From Spirochaetia bacterium (GTDB lineage: Bacteria; Spirochaetota; Spirochaetia; SZUA-6; Bin103), in assembly GCA_965208575.1 (NCBI GenBank), contig CBDBOV010000001.1, positions 192,001 through 256,000 on the forward strand: DNA of 64,000 bases, given 5' to 3'. The position numbers and the translations under genes were made by a program. Below the pieces are notes generated by a model. The model had not been told where the DNA came from, did not search any database, and saw only the letters and a list, made by a program, of their open reading frames with translations. This document shows positions 19,040 to 27,720 of this stretch, piece after piece; the stretch's first letter is position 1, and each line of letters starts with the position of its first letter.

Positions 19040-20803
19040 CTAGGCCACCGCGTCGCTGAACACCATCTCCCAGCCGTGGAACACCACCGCCAGGCCGGTG
19101 AACCGTACTTGCGGGAACTGCCGCGCCAGGCGCTCGTCGGCCAGGTAGCGCCGTAGCTGCGCCGCCGCTTCGCCCGCGGCCGATGCCACGCGCGCCTCGT
19201 CGGCCGGCTCGCGGCGGGGCAGGTACTTCAGCTCGATCAGGTAGCCGGTGCGCAGGTGCGGGTAGCGCGCCATCAGCGGCTCCAGCGAGATGTCCGCGTG
19301 TCCCTTCCCCAGCTCCACCTCGGAGCGGAACACGAAGTAGTCGGTCCAGTTCAGATAGGCGGCCAGAAACCCTTGAATCACCTTTTCGCCCGCAATGTAG
19401 TCGCGGATCCCCGTCTGCCGCGCGATCGCCGCGCGCAGGAACTCCAGCACCGGCCGCCACTCACCCTCGTTGGCCATCCGCATCAGCAACTGCTCGAAGC
19501 GGAACAGGTTGATCCTGAACACGCCCACGTCCTTGTAGCCGTCGCGCAGAAAGCCGTACATCAGCCGCTTCACGGTCTGGTTGGGGATCGCCAGCCGCGG
19601 CACGCCGTGCACCACCTCGCGAATGCTCAGCAGCCCGAAGAAGTGCAGCAGGGACAGGAAATTCTCCGGCTCGGCGAGCTCGTGCAGCGGAAAGCCGGGC
19701 TGCACCTGCACGTCCACCCGCGGCTCCCCGATGATGGTGCGCAGCACGTCGAAGTTGCCGTTCAGTTGCCGGCCCACCACCAGCAGGTGGCGCAGCTTGC
19801 CGTAGTCGATGCGCACGTTGGTGTCGATCAGGTAGTCCGGCACCCCCCGGTTGGGGATCGAGTCCTTCAGGTAGTAGAGCACCATGTCGGAGTTGTACAG
19901 ATCGGTCTTGGCTGCCTTGGCGAATCGGTAGCCGTTGTACCACTGGCCCATGATGCCCATGGCGGTGTCGACGTCCTGGTCGAACACGCCGCAATCACGG
20001 TACGTCTCCACCAGCCGCCGCACCTCCGCTTCGGTGAAGCCGACCATCTCGTTGAAGTCGGGGTGCAGGCTGATGTTCCTGCCGATGTTGAAGCCGCTGG
20101 TGACGTCGTCCATGGTCACCGGCGACACCCCGGTGATGAACAGGCGGTCGATGCCGCCGCCGCTGCGGTCGGCGCCGGACTTGAGGGTGGCGAAGAAGTT
20201 GCGGAAGAAGCCGCCGCCGTGGGTGAAGGAGTGGTACGCTTCGGCGCCGTGGTAGGCGAGCACGGTGTTGGCAAAGTTGTCGTACTCGTCGATCAGCACG
20301 TACAGCGGGATGTCGTGGTCGCCCGCGTACCGGAACAACTCGGAGAGCCTGGTGGCGATGGAGGGCGGCGCGAGGATATCCCGCATCGCCGCTTCGGGAA
20401 ACAGGTCGGGATGCCGCCGCAGTGTGCCGCGGAGCTCAATCAAGCAGTAGGCTTCGAACTCCCGCTCCAGCGTTTCGAGCTTGTCGTTGACCGCCGAGAA
20501 GTTGAAGCGCAGGGTGACGTAGCGGCTCTGCTCGCCGGTCGGGTTTCGCCCGATGTCGGTGCCGGCGAAGGAGGCGTCGAAGTCGCCGGCCCAGAAGCGG
20601 TCGTAGTAGTTCTCCAGCAGGGAGACCCACAGCGACTTGCCGAAGCGGCGCGGGCGGATCAGGAACGCGTAGTGCTCCTGTTCCAGGCGGCGCAGGAAGC
20701 GGGTCTTGTCGACGTACAGCCACCGCCTCAGGCGGATGCGACGGAAGTCGGCCTGACCGTAGGGAATGTGCGGGTAAGCGGGAGTCGCGTCCACCGAAGT
20801 CAC
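19040..20803 (-). CDS. AAA-ATPase-like protein with C-terminal PD-(D/E)XK nuclease (PF09820 + PDDEXK_9 type)
   Basis: IPYGQADF..IR..LYVDKT, RPRRFGKSL, LIDEYDN, FITGVSP, WYNGYRF, IPN, SEVELGKGHADI...IELKY. Confidence 0.92.
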   Translation of the reverse strand: MTSVDATPAYPHIPYGQADFRRIRLRRWLYVDKTRFLRRLEQEHYAFLIRPRRFGKSLWVSLLENYYDRFWAGDFDASFAGTDIGRNPTGEQSRYVTLRFNFSAVNDKLETLEREFEAYCLIELRGTLRRHPDLFPEAAMRDILAPPSIATRLSELFRYAGDHDIPLYVLIDEYDNFANTVLAYHGAEAYHSFTHGGGFFRNFFATLKSGADRSGGGIDRLFITGVSPVTMDDVTSGFNIGRNISLHPDFNEMVGFTEAEVRRLVETYRDCGVFDQDVDTAMGIMGQWYNGYRFAKAAKTDLYNSDMVLYYLKDSIPNRGVPDYLIDTNVRIDYGKLRHLLVVGRQLNGNFDVLRTIIGEPRVDVQVQPGFPLHELAEPENFLSLLHFFGLLSIREVVHGVPRLAIPNQTVKRLMYGFLRDGYKDVGVFRINLFRFEQLLMRMANEGEWRPVLEFLRAAIARQTGIRDYIAGEKVIQGFLAAYLNWTDYFVFRSEVELGKGHADISLEPLMARYPHLRTGYLIELKYLPRREPADEARVASAAGEAAAQLRRYLADERLARQFPQVRFTGLAVVFHGWEMVFSDAVA

Positions 20804-21069
20804 TGAAAGACCGTGCCGACGACACTCTATCGTCCCCGCGGCGGCCCCTCAAGGAGCGACTGGCCCGGGGGCCCGGGCGCCGTCCCCGCCGGGGCCGGCC
20901 GCGGCCGCGCCGCTTCGATATCGGCGGCGTGATGTCGCGTGCGGCCTGCCGCGCGGTGGACCCGAGGGAGAGCACCGCCGGATCACCCCTTCAGGCGTCG
21001 GCGGTCTCGAAGGCGGTGTTGTTGCGGGTGGCGCGGCTGAATTCGCCGCCGAAGCGGGGTGCCGGGCGG

Positions 21070-21576
21070 CTACCAGTGCGGCAACTGCTCCTCGGCGACA
21101 CCATCGAACTCGGGCGCTTCCGTACGGTGGCCGGGGCCCGGCGGCGGGACGGTTGCCACCCCGCCCCCGCCGCGTGCTCCGTCCACCCGCGACTCCCACT
21201 GCATGGCCACCACCCCCTCGATGCGGTCCACCCGCGCTCCGAGCGCGTCCAGGCGGCGGCGCAGGTCCGCATTGCCGCCGCCCAGGTCGCCGCGCAACTC
21301 GGTCAGGACGGCGCGCAGGCTTGCCACCTCCGCGGTCAGCTCGCTCCGCACCGTGGCCAGCTCCGCGCGCCACTCGTCCGGGTCCCGCGTCGCCAGCTCG
21401 AGCCGGTGCTCGATCTCCGCCAGCCGCTGATCCTTGGTCAGGATCACGCCCAACGACAACCCCAGGTTTACCAGGACCAGCAGCAACACCCATGCCCACG
21501 TCCACCGCCGGGGCCGTCTCGTGGTGTCCCGCAACGCTCTCCGCACCATCCCGATGTGTTCCAGCCTCGTATCCAT
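21070..21576 (-). CDS. Membrane-anchored coiled-coil hypothetical protein
   Basis: TM segment WVLLLVLVNLGLSLGVIL followed by a heptad region ending LGARVDRIEG. Confidence 0.65.
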   Translation of the reverse strand: MDTRLEHIGMVRRALRDTTRRPRRWTWAWVLLLVLVNLGLSLGVILTKDQRLAEIEHRLELATRDPDEWRAELATVRSELTAEVASLRAVLTELRGDLGGGNADLRRRLDALGARVDRIEGVVAMQWESRVDGARGGGGVATVPPPGPGHRTEAPEFDGVAEEQLPHW

Positions 21577-21648
21577 CTACCGGTGAGGCCTCCGAGAAGT
21601 CGCCTCCCACCGGCGCTCCTCTCTCCTCGCCGTATTTTTGGCCCCCTG

Positions 21649-23635
21649 CTAGTCCGAGGTTTGAGAGGCCGTTCTTGTAACTGTTTCCTATTACAGGAAT
21701 TAGCGTGTTCATGGGTGTAAATCGTGTCCATGTAAATAGTCCTGTGGTTCAGCGTTAATTTTCTCTCATCTGGTTGACATGTAATTATTAAATGATCTAC
21801 CATTCCCTCCGTAGGGTGCCCATGTACATCGACACCGTCCCCAACCGCAACTCTCCCCCAGCCGTCCTCCTCCGCGAGTCCTTCCGCCAGCACGGCAAGG
21901 TCAAAAAACGCACCATCGCCAACCTCTCCAAGTGGCCCGATCACCTCGTCGAGGGTTTGCGCGTCCTCCTCAACGGCGGTATCGCTCTGCGCTCTCCCAA
22001 CGAACTGCTCTCCATCTTGCGCAGCTATCCCCACGGCCACGTCGCCGCCGTCCTCGGTTCCCTCCGCAAGCTCTCCCTCCATTCCCTCGTCGCTCGTCCC
22101 GCCTCCCGTGAACGCGACCTGGTCGTCGCCATGATCGTCGCTCGCGTCGTCGACGCTCGCTCCAAACTCGCCACCGCTCGCGGCCTCAACCCCGAAAGCG
22201 CCGTCTCCTCCCTCGGCCACCTGCTGCAGTTGGGAGCCGTCGACGAGAATGAGCTGTATGCCGCCATGGATTGGCTGCTCGCTCGCCAGCACGGCATCGA
22301 GCAGCGCTTGGCCAAGCGCCATCTGCATGACAACACGCTCATGTTGTACGACCTGACTTCCAGTTACTTCCATGGCCACACCTGCCCGTTGGCGCGCCGT
22401 GGTCACAGCCGCGACGGCAAACGCGGCACCTTGCAGATCGTGTTCGGCCTGCTGTGTACCGCAGACGGCTGTCCCATCGCCGTCGAGGTATTCGAGGGCT
22501 CCACCAGTGACCCCAAGACGGTCGCCGCTCAGGTCGACAAGATTCGCAACCGTTTCGGCTTGCAGCGCGTCGTGCTGGTCGGCGACCGCGGCATGCTCAC
22601 CGGCGCGCGCATCCGCGAGGACCTGCAGGGGATCGACGGCCTGCGCTGGATCACGACCCTGCGGGCGCCCACCATCCGCAAGCTGATCGAGGCCGGCGAA
22701 GTGGCGCAGACCATGTTCGACGAGCGTGACCTGGCGGAGATCAGCTCACCCGAGTTCCCCGGCGAGCGGCTGATCGTGTGCCGCAACCCGATCCTGGCCG
22801 AGCAACGGCAGCGCAAGAGGCAGAAGTTGCTGGCCTCCACGGAGGAGGAACTGACGCCGATCGTGACGGCCACGCAGCGCGCCAAAAAGCCGCTGCGCGG
22901 CGCCGCCGCGATCGGCCTGCGGGTGGGCAAGGTGATCAACCACTACAAGGTGGGCAAGCATTTCACCACCACCATCACCGACGACTCGTTCTCGTTCGTG
23001 CGTGACCTGGACAAGATCGCGGCCGAGGAAGAACTGGACGGGCTCTACATCGTGCGCTCCAACGTGGAGCCGGAGCTGTTCGACGCCGAGCAGACGGTGA
23101 CGGCGTACAAGGACTTGGCCAAGGTGGAACGTGCGTTCCGCAGCATGAAGACGGTGGATCTGAAGGTGCGACCGATCTATCACCGCAGCGCAGACCGGGT
23201 GCGGGCGCACGTGTTCCTGTGCATGCTGGCCTACTACGTGGAGTGGCACATGCGCAGCAAGCTGGCGCCGGTGCTGTTCGACGACCACGACCGCGCCGCC
23301 GGCGAGGCGCTGCGCGAGTCGGTGGTGCAACCGGCGGAACGCTCACCGGCCGCACACCGGAAGGCGGCGAGCAAGCGTACCGACGACGGTCTGCCGGTGC
23401 ACAGCTTTCGCAGCCTGATGAGCGAGTTGGGGACGCTGACGGCCAACCGCGTGCGGATAGTGGATAGCGGCGCCACGTTCACCATGCACAGCGAACCGAC
23501 CGCGCTGCAGCAGCGCTGTTTCGATCTCCTGGAGGTCAGCGCCCAAGTGTAGCCAGTAACGGACATCGGCTGTTGAGCGCAATTTTCAGATCAATAACGA
23601 ATTAACAAGATTCCCGCTCTGGAACTTCGGGCTAG
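21649..23635 (+). mobile_element. IS1634-family insertion sequence
   Basis: Imperfect terminal IRs ctagtccgaggtttgagag / ctagcccgaagttccagag (reverse complement of right end); CTAG at both ends; AT-rich subterminal regions. Confidence 0.88.
21822..23552 (+). CDS. IS1634-family DDE transposase
   Basis: MYIDTVPNRNSPPAVLLRES..GKVKKRTIANLS, LYDLTSSYF, GHSRDGK, VGDRGM, YKDLAKVERAFRSMK, RPIYH..RVRAHVFLCMLAY. Confidence 0.95.
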   Translation: MYIDTVPNRNSPPAVLLRESFRQHGKVKKRTIANLSKWPDHLVEGLRVLLNGGIALRSPNELLSILRSYPHGHVAAVLGSLRKLSLHSLVARPASRERDLVVAMIVARVVDARSKLATARGLNPESAVSSLGHLLQLGAVDENELYAAMDWLLARQHGIEQRLAKRHLHDNTLMLYDLTSSYFHGHTCPLARRGHSRDGKRGTLQIVFGLLCTADGCPIAVEVFEGSTSDPKTVAAQVDKIRNRFGLQRVVLVGDRGMLTGARIREDLQGIDGLRWITTLRAPTIRKLIEAGEVAQTMFDERDLAEISSPEFPGERLIVCRNPILAEQRQRKRQKLLASTEEELTPIVTATQRAKKPLRGAAAIGLRVGKVINHYKVGKHFTTTITDDSFSFVRDLDKIAAEEELDGLYIVRSNVEPELFDAEQTVTAYKDLAKVERAFRSMKTVDLKVRPIYHRSADRVRAHVFLCMLAYYVEWHMRSKLAPVLFDDHDRAAGEALRESVVQPAERSPAAHRKAASKRTDDGLPVHSFRSLMSELGTLTANRVRIVDSGATFTMHSEPTALQQRCFDLLEVSAQV

Positions 23636-23673
23636 TATATCGGCTGCTCGGTCTCGCACCTTTGATCCGGGGG

Positions 23674-23702
23674 TTGACGCAGCGTGGCGGGGTGGTTAGG
23701 TT
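23674..23702 (+). promoter_or_regulatory. trp operon promoter (TTGACG-17-TAGGTT)
   Basis: -35/-10 pair ending 7 nt before the trpL ATG. Confidence 0.7.
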
Positions 23703-23709
23703 ACCGGGC

Positions 23710-23757
23710 ATGACTACGGCGACGGCAAGCCATCTCTGGTGGTGGGTCTCGGGATAA
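23710..23757 (+). CDS. trpL: trp leader peptide MTTATASHLWWWVSG
   Basis: Three tandem TGG codons in a 15-aa ORF upstream of trpE, followed by hairpins and a U-tract. Confidence 0.88.
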   Translation: MTTATASHLWWWVSG

Positions 23758-23774
23758 CCGGGACGCCACGTCAT

Positions 23775-23844
23775 CGGGCGCGTTGCGCCCGGGAGCCGCG
23801 GGTTCTGGTTGCAGGGGTTGACCAGGGCCGGCGGCTCTTTCTTT
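23775..23844 (+). terminator. trp attenuator hairpins and terminator
   Basis: cgggcgc-gtt-gcgcccg, then gagccgc..ggttctggtt...gaccagggcc..gcggctc followed by tttcttt. Confidence 0.8.
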
Positions 23845-23916
23845 ACCTGAGCCGCCCTCCCGCGAGTCCGCTCCCCCCGGCAGCCCGGCCCGGCGAACAG
23901 ACCGACGAGGAGCATC

Positions 23917-25383
23917 ATGAGTAATACAGACGTCCTGCTACGGACCATTCCCGGAGAGCGGTTCACGCCCTATACGCTGGCGCGCAAGCTGAACGCCACG
24001 GTGTTGCTGGAGTCCGCCTCCTTCCACCGCGGCCGCGAGCGCTACAGCATCCTGCTGCTGAAGCCGGCGTTCACGATCCAGGAGCGGCAGGGGGAGATCA
24101 CCATGACCCGCGACGGGCGGCGCTTCCGGCTGCGCAGCACCGGGCGCGACATCCTGGACGTGCTGCGCTACTTCGCCGACCAGCACGCCGAGGCGGCGCA
24201 CGCCGCGCCGCCGGGGGACGCCGGCACCTACGTGTCGCGAACCAGCCGGCTGCCGGTGGTGAGGGCGCATCCGTTTCCGTTCCCGGTCGGGGGCATCGGC
24301 TACCTGTCCTACGAGTACGCGGCCCGGTTCGACACCGTGCGCCTGCACCCCAAGGCGGACTCGCTCGGCCTGCCGGACGCCTGCTTCGTGTTCGGCCACG
24401 TGTTCGTGGTGTTCGACCACTACACCGATTCGCTCACGCTGGTGGGGGTGAACTACCGCGAGCACCGCATCGACCTGCAGGAGGCGCTCGACGAGACCGA
24501 GCGGCGCATCGACGACCTGGACTTCAACTTCATGGCGGTGTCGCGCTCGCGTCCCAACGCCACGGTGTGCGGCTCCCTCGACGAGGAGTCCTACCTGGAC
24601 GGCGTGGAGTTCCTGCGCGGCGAGATCATCAAGGGCAACCTGTTCCAGGCGGTGCTGTCGCGGCGGCTGGTGATCGAGACCGCGCTGCCGGCGCTGGAGG
24701 CGTACCGCAGCCTGCGCTCGGCAAACCCGTCGCCCTACATGTTCTACCTCGACTACGGCGACTTCCAGTTGTTCGGGGCGTCGCCGGAGGTGCACGTGAA
24801 GGTGGCGGACGGGCGCGCGGCGATGCGCCCGATCGCCGGTACGCGGCGGCGCGGCAGGGACCACCGCGAGGACCTGGCGCTGCAGGAGGAACTGCTCGCC
24901 GACGAGAAGGAGCTGGCCGAGCACCTGATGCTGGTCGACCTGGCGCGCAACGACCTGGGCCGGGTGGCCGAGGCGGGCAGCGTGGAGGTGACCGAGCGCA
25001 ACGTGATCGAGCACTACTCGCACGTGATGCACATCGTCTCCCAGGTGGAGGCGGACCTGCGGCCCGGGCTGACCGGCGCCGACGCGGTGCGCGCCACGTT
25101 CCCCGCCGGCACGGTGTCGGGCGCGCCCAAGATCCAGGCGATGGAAACGCTCGACGCCCTGGAGAGCGAGACGCGCGGCTTCTACGCCGGCATCGTCGGC
25201 TACGTGGAGCCGGGCGGCACGCTCGATTCCTGCATCTCGATCCGCTCGGCGGTCAAGAAGGGCGACCGGCTGGTGCTGCACGCCGGCGCCGGCGTGGTGT
25301 ACGACTCGGTGCCGCAGAGCGAGTTCGAGGAGACGCAGAACAAGCTGCGCGCGCTCGCCGCCGCGGTGGGCGTGCAGTTGTAG
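23917..25383 (+). CDS. trpE: Anthranilate synthase component I
   Basis: LLES..GRERYS, NPSPYMFY, GASPE, RPIAGTRRRG, KELAEHLMLVDLARND, YSHVMHIVS, FPAGTVSGAPK. Confidence 0.97.
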   Translation: MSNTDVLLRTIPGERFTPYTLARKLNATVLLESASFHRGRERYSILLLKPAFTIQERQGEITMTRDGRRFRLRSTGRDILDVLRYFADQHAEAAHAAPPGDAGTYVSRTSRLPVVRAHPFPFPVGGIGYLSYEYAARFDTVRLHPKADSLGLPDACFVFGHVFVVFDHYTDSLTLVGVNYREHRIDLQEALDETERRIDDLDFNFMAVSRSRPNATVCGSLDEESYLDGVEFLRGEIIKGNLFQAVLSRRLVIETALPALEAYRSLRSANPSPYMFYLDYGDFQLFGASPEVHVKVADGRAAMRPIAGTRRRGRDHREDLALQEELLADEKELAEHLMLVDLARNDLGRVAEAGSVEVTERNVIEHYSHVMHIVSQVEADLRPGLTGADAVRATFPAGTVSGAPKIQAMETLDALESETRGFYAGIVGYVEPGGTLDSCISIRSAVKKGDRLVLHAGAGVVYDSVPQSEFEETQNKLRALAAAVGVQL

Positions 25384-25413
25384 CCGGGCGGCGGCACGGG
25401 GAGGCCTTATACA

Positions 25414-27075
25414 ATGTACGTCATCATCGACAACTACGATTCGTTCACTTACAACCTGTTCCAGTACGTGTCGTCGCTCACCGACCAGGAGGTGCGGGTG
25501 TTCCGCAACGACCGCGTGACGGTGGCGGAACTGGAGGCGCTGCAGCCGGCGGGAATCATCATCTCGCCGGGGCCGGGGCGGCCGGAGGATGCCGGGGTGT
25601 CGGTGGACACGGTGCGCCGCTTCGCCGGCAGCACGCCGATCCTGGGCGTGTGCCTGGGCCACCAGGCGATCGGCTACGCGTTCGGCGGCACCATCGCCGG
25701 CGCCGGCACCATCGTGCACGGCAAGACCGACTCCATCAGCCTGGACGGACGCGGCCTGTTCCGCGGCGTGCCGTCGCCGTCGGTGTTCACCCGCTACCAC
25801 TCGCTGGTGGTGCAGCGCGACACCCTGCCGGACGGGTTCGAGGTGACCGCCACCTCTCCCGACGGCGAGGTGATGGGCATCCGCCACACCGACTGGGTGG
25901 TGGAGGGGGTGCAGTTCCACCCCGAGTCGATCGCCTCCGAAATGGGCATGCGCCTGCTGGCCAACTTCCTGGACTACCGGCGCGAGCCGTTCGCGTTCCG
26001 GCCGCTGCTGGAGCGGGTGATGGCCGGCGAGGCGCTGGCCATGGAGCAGGCGGCGGAGCTGATGGACGAGGTCACCGAGGGGCGCCTGCCGGCCACCTTG
26101 CTCGCCGCCATGCTGGTGGCGCTGGGCATCAAGGGCTGCGGCGCCGAGGAGATCGCCGGCTTCGCCTCGGTGCTGGCGCGCAAGAAGCAGCCGCTGGAGC
26201 GGCCCGCGGCCGACGGCACGGTGGTGGACACCTGCGGCACCGGCGGCGACGGGCTGGCCACCTTCAACATCTCCTCGCTGGCGGCGCTGGTGGTGGCGGC
26301 GTGCGGGGTGCGGGTGGCCAAGCACGGCAACCGCGGCGTGAGTTCGCCGACCGGCAGCGCGGACCTGTTCGCGGCGCTCGGCGTGGACACCGGCCTGTCG
26401 CCGGCGCAGGCGGCCGGCCTGCTGCAGCGCACCGGGTTCGCGTTCCTGTTCGCGCCCACCTACCACGGCGCCATGCGCCACGCCGCCGGAGTACGGGCGG
26501 AGCTGGGCATCAAGACGGTGCTCAACCTGCTCGGGCCGCTGGTCAACCCGGCGGCGGCGGAGTTCCAGCTCATCGGCGTATACGACGGGGCGCTGTGCGA
26601 GCCGATGGCGCATGCCGCCCGCCTGCTGGGCGTGCACCGCGTGCTGGTGGTGCACGGCGCCGACGGGCAGGACGAGGTGTCGGTGACCGCCCCCACCCGC
26701 ATGGTGGAGATCCGCGAGGACGGCGAGTGCCGGGAGAGCGAGTTCGACTTCGCGGCGTGCGGCATCGCGCCGGCATCGCTGCAGGACCTGCAGGGCGGCG
26801 ACGCCGAGCACAATGCCGCGCTGGCGCGCAAGCTGCTCGCCGGCGGCGGGCCGCGCGCCGTGCGCGACGCGGTGGCCGTGAACGCGGGCGCGGCGCTGTA
26901 CGTGGCGGGCGCGGCGCCCGACATCGCCGCCGGCTACCGGCGCGCCCGTACCGCGCTGGAAGACGGCAGCGCGGCCGCCAAGCTGAAGGAGGTGGTCACC
27001 GCCACCGCCGCCCTCCGCGCCGCCCCGCACGAGGCCCCCTCCGGCGCCGGACACAGGCCAACGGCGCTTTCCTGA
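25414..27075 (+). CDS. trpD: Bifunctional anthranilate synthase component II / anthranilate phosphoribosyltransferase (TrpG-TrpD fusion)
   Basis: IDNYDSFTYNL, ISPGPG, GVCLGHQ, QFHPES; DTCGTGGD, NISS, KHGNR, LLGPL.NP. Confidence 0.96.
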   Translation: MYVIIDNYDSFTYNLFQYVSSLTDQEVRVFRNDRVTVAELEALQPAGIIISPGPGRPEDAGVSVDTVRRFAGSTPILGVCLGHQAIGYAFGGTIAGAGTIVHGKTDSISLDGRGLFRGVPSPSVFTRYHSLVVQRDTLPDGFEVTATSPDGEVMGIRHTDWVVEGVQFHPESIASEMGMRLLANFLDYRREPFAFRPLLERVMAGEALAMEQAAELMDEVTEGRLPATLLAAMLVALGIKGCGAEEIAGFASVLARKKQPLERPAADGTVVDTCGTGGDGLATFNISSLAALVVAACGVRVAKHGNRGVSSPTGSADLFAALGVDTGLSPAQAAGLLQRTGFAFLFAPTYHGAMRHAAGVRAELGIKTVLNLLGPLVNPAAAEFQLIGVYDGALCEPMAHAARLLGVHRVLVVHGADGQDEVSVTAPTRMVEIREDGECRESEFDFAACGIAPASLQDLQGGDAEHNAALARKLLAGGGPRAVRDAVAVNAGAALYVAGAAPDIAAGYRRARTALEDGSAAAKLKEVVTATAALRAAPHEAPSGAGHRPTALS

Positions 27076-27121
27076 TCGGCTGCAAGTAGACGCTGGTATC
27101 GAGAAGATGGGTGATCGGCAT
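26996..27121 (-). pseudogene. 5' remnant of a VapC/PIN toxin overlapping the trpD 3' end
   Basis: MPITHLLDTSVYLQPIRKAPLACV begins 7 nt after the Phd/YefM stop; LLDT is the PIN N-terminal motif; homology is lost after about 25 codons. Confidence 0.65.
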
Positions 27122-27127
27122 CCCGGC

Positions 27128-27382
27128 TCAGAACGGGCTCTCGCGCCGCTCCACGGTTCTCGGCGGCAGCTCGATGTCGACCTCCAGCTCGCCGTGCTCC
27201 GCGACGAAGCGGTCCCGCAATCCCCAGATCGTCGATCCGGTGCCGGCCGCCGGCGCCACGGGATCGATCTGCACCAACGGAACCCCGCGCCTGGTGACAA
27301 CGACCGGTTCGCCGGTCAGCGCAACCTGCTCGCATATCTCGGACAGCTTCGTCCTGGCTTCGTAGATCCCCAAGGTAGTCAT
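27128..27382 (-). CDS. Phd/YefM family type II antitoxin
   Basis: MTTLGIYEARTKLSEICEQV..GEPVVVTRRGVPLVQIDP. Confidence 0.9.
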   Translation of the reverse strand: MTTLGIYEARTKLSEICEQVALTGEPVVVTRRGVPLVQIDPVAPAAGTGSTIWGLRDRFVAEHGELEVDIELPPRTVERRESPF

Positions 27383-27720
27383 GAAGGACAACCTGCTAGG
27401 CGACTAGTCGGTTGTGCGAACCGGGACGACACCACGGCCACAAGGTCCCCTCGGTCGCCCCGCGGGCGCTCAACGAGCCGGCAACGCACCGGGCGCGTTG
27501 CATCGGCGCCGGCACCGTCTCCCCAGAGGGCGCCATGGTTGCCCGGCTCGGTGCAGCCGGGTAGTATCGGTATCCGCCCCTTGGCAGTACGCATCGCTCC
27601 CCGTCGAAGTCATGGACTGGTCATCCTCGAGCGACGCCGATCCCTTGGGGCCTTTTTACCACTTGGCCAAGTGAAGAACCGTGGAGCGGGGGCCGCAGGA
27701 GCCGCGCGCGAGGGGGTGCC

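Noticed and set aside
23700-23916. T-box riboswitch upstream of trpE
   Set aside because: No T-box consensus (AAGGTGGCACCGCG-like) is present; the Trp3 leader peptide explains the region.
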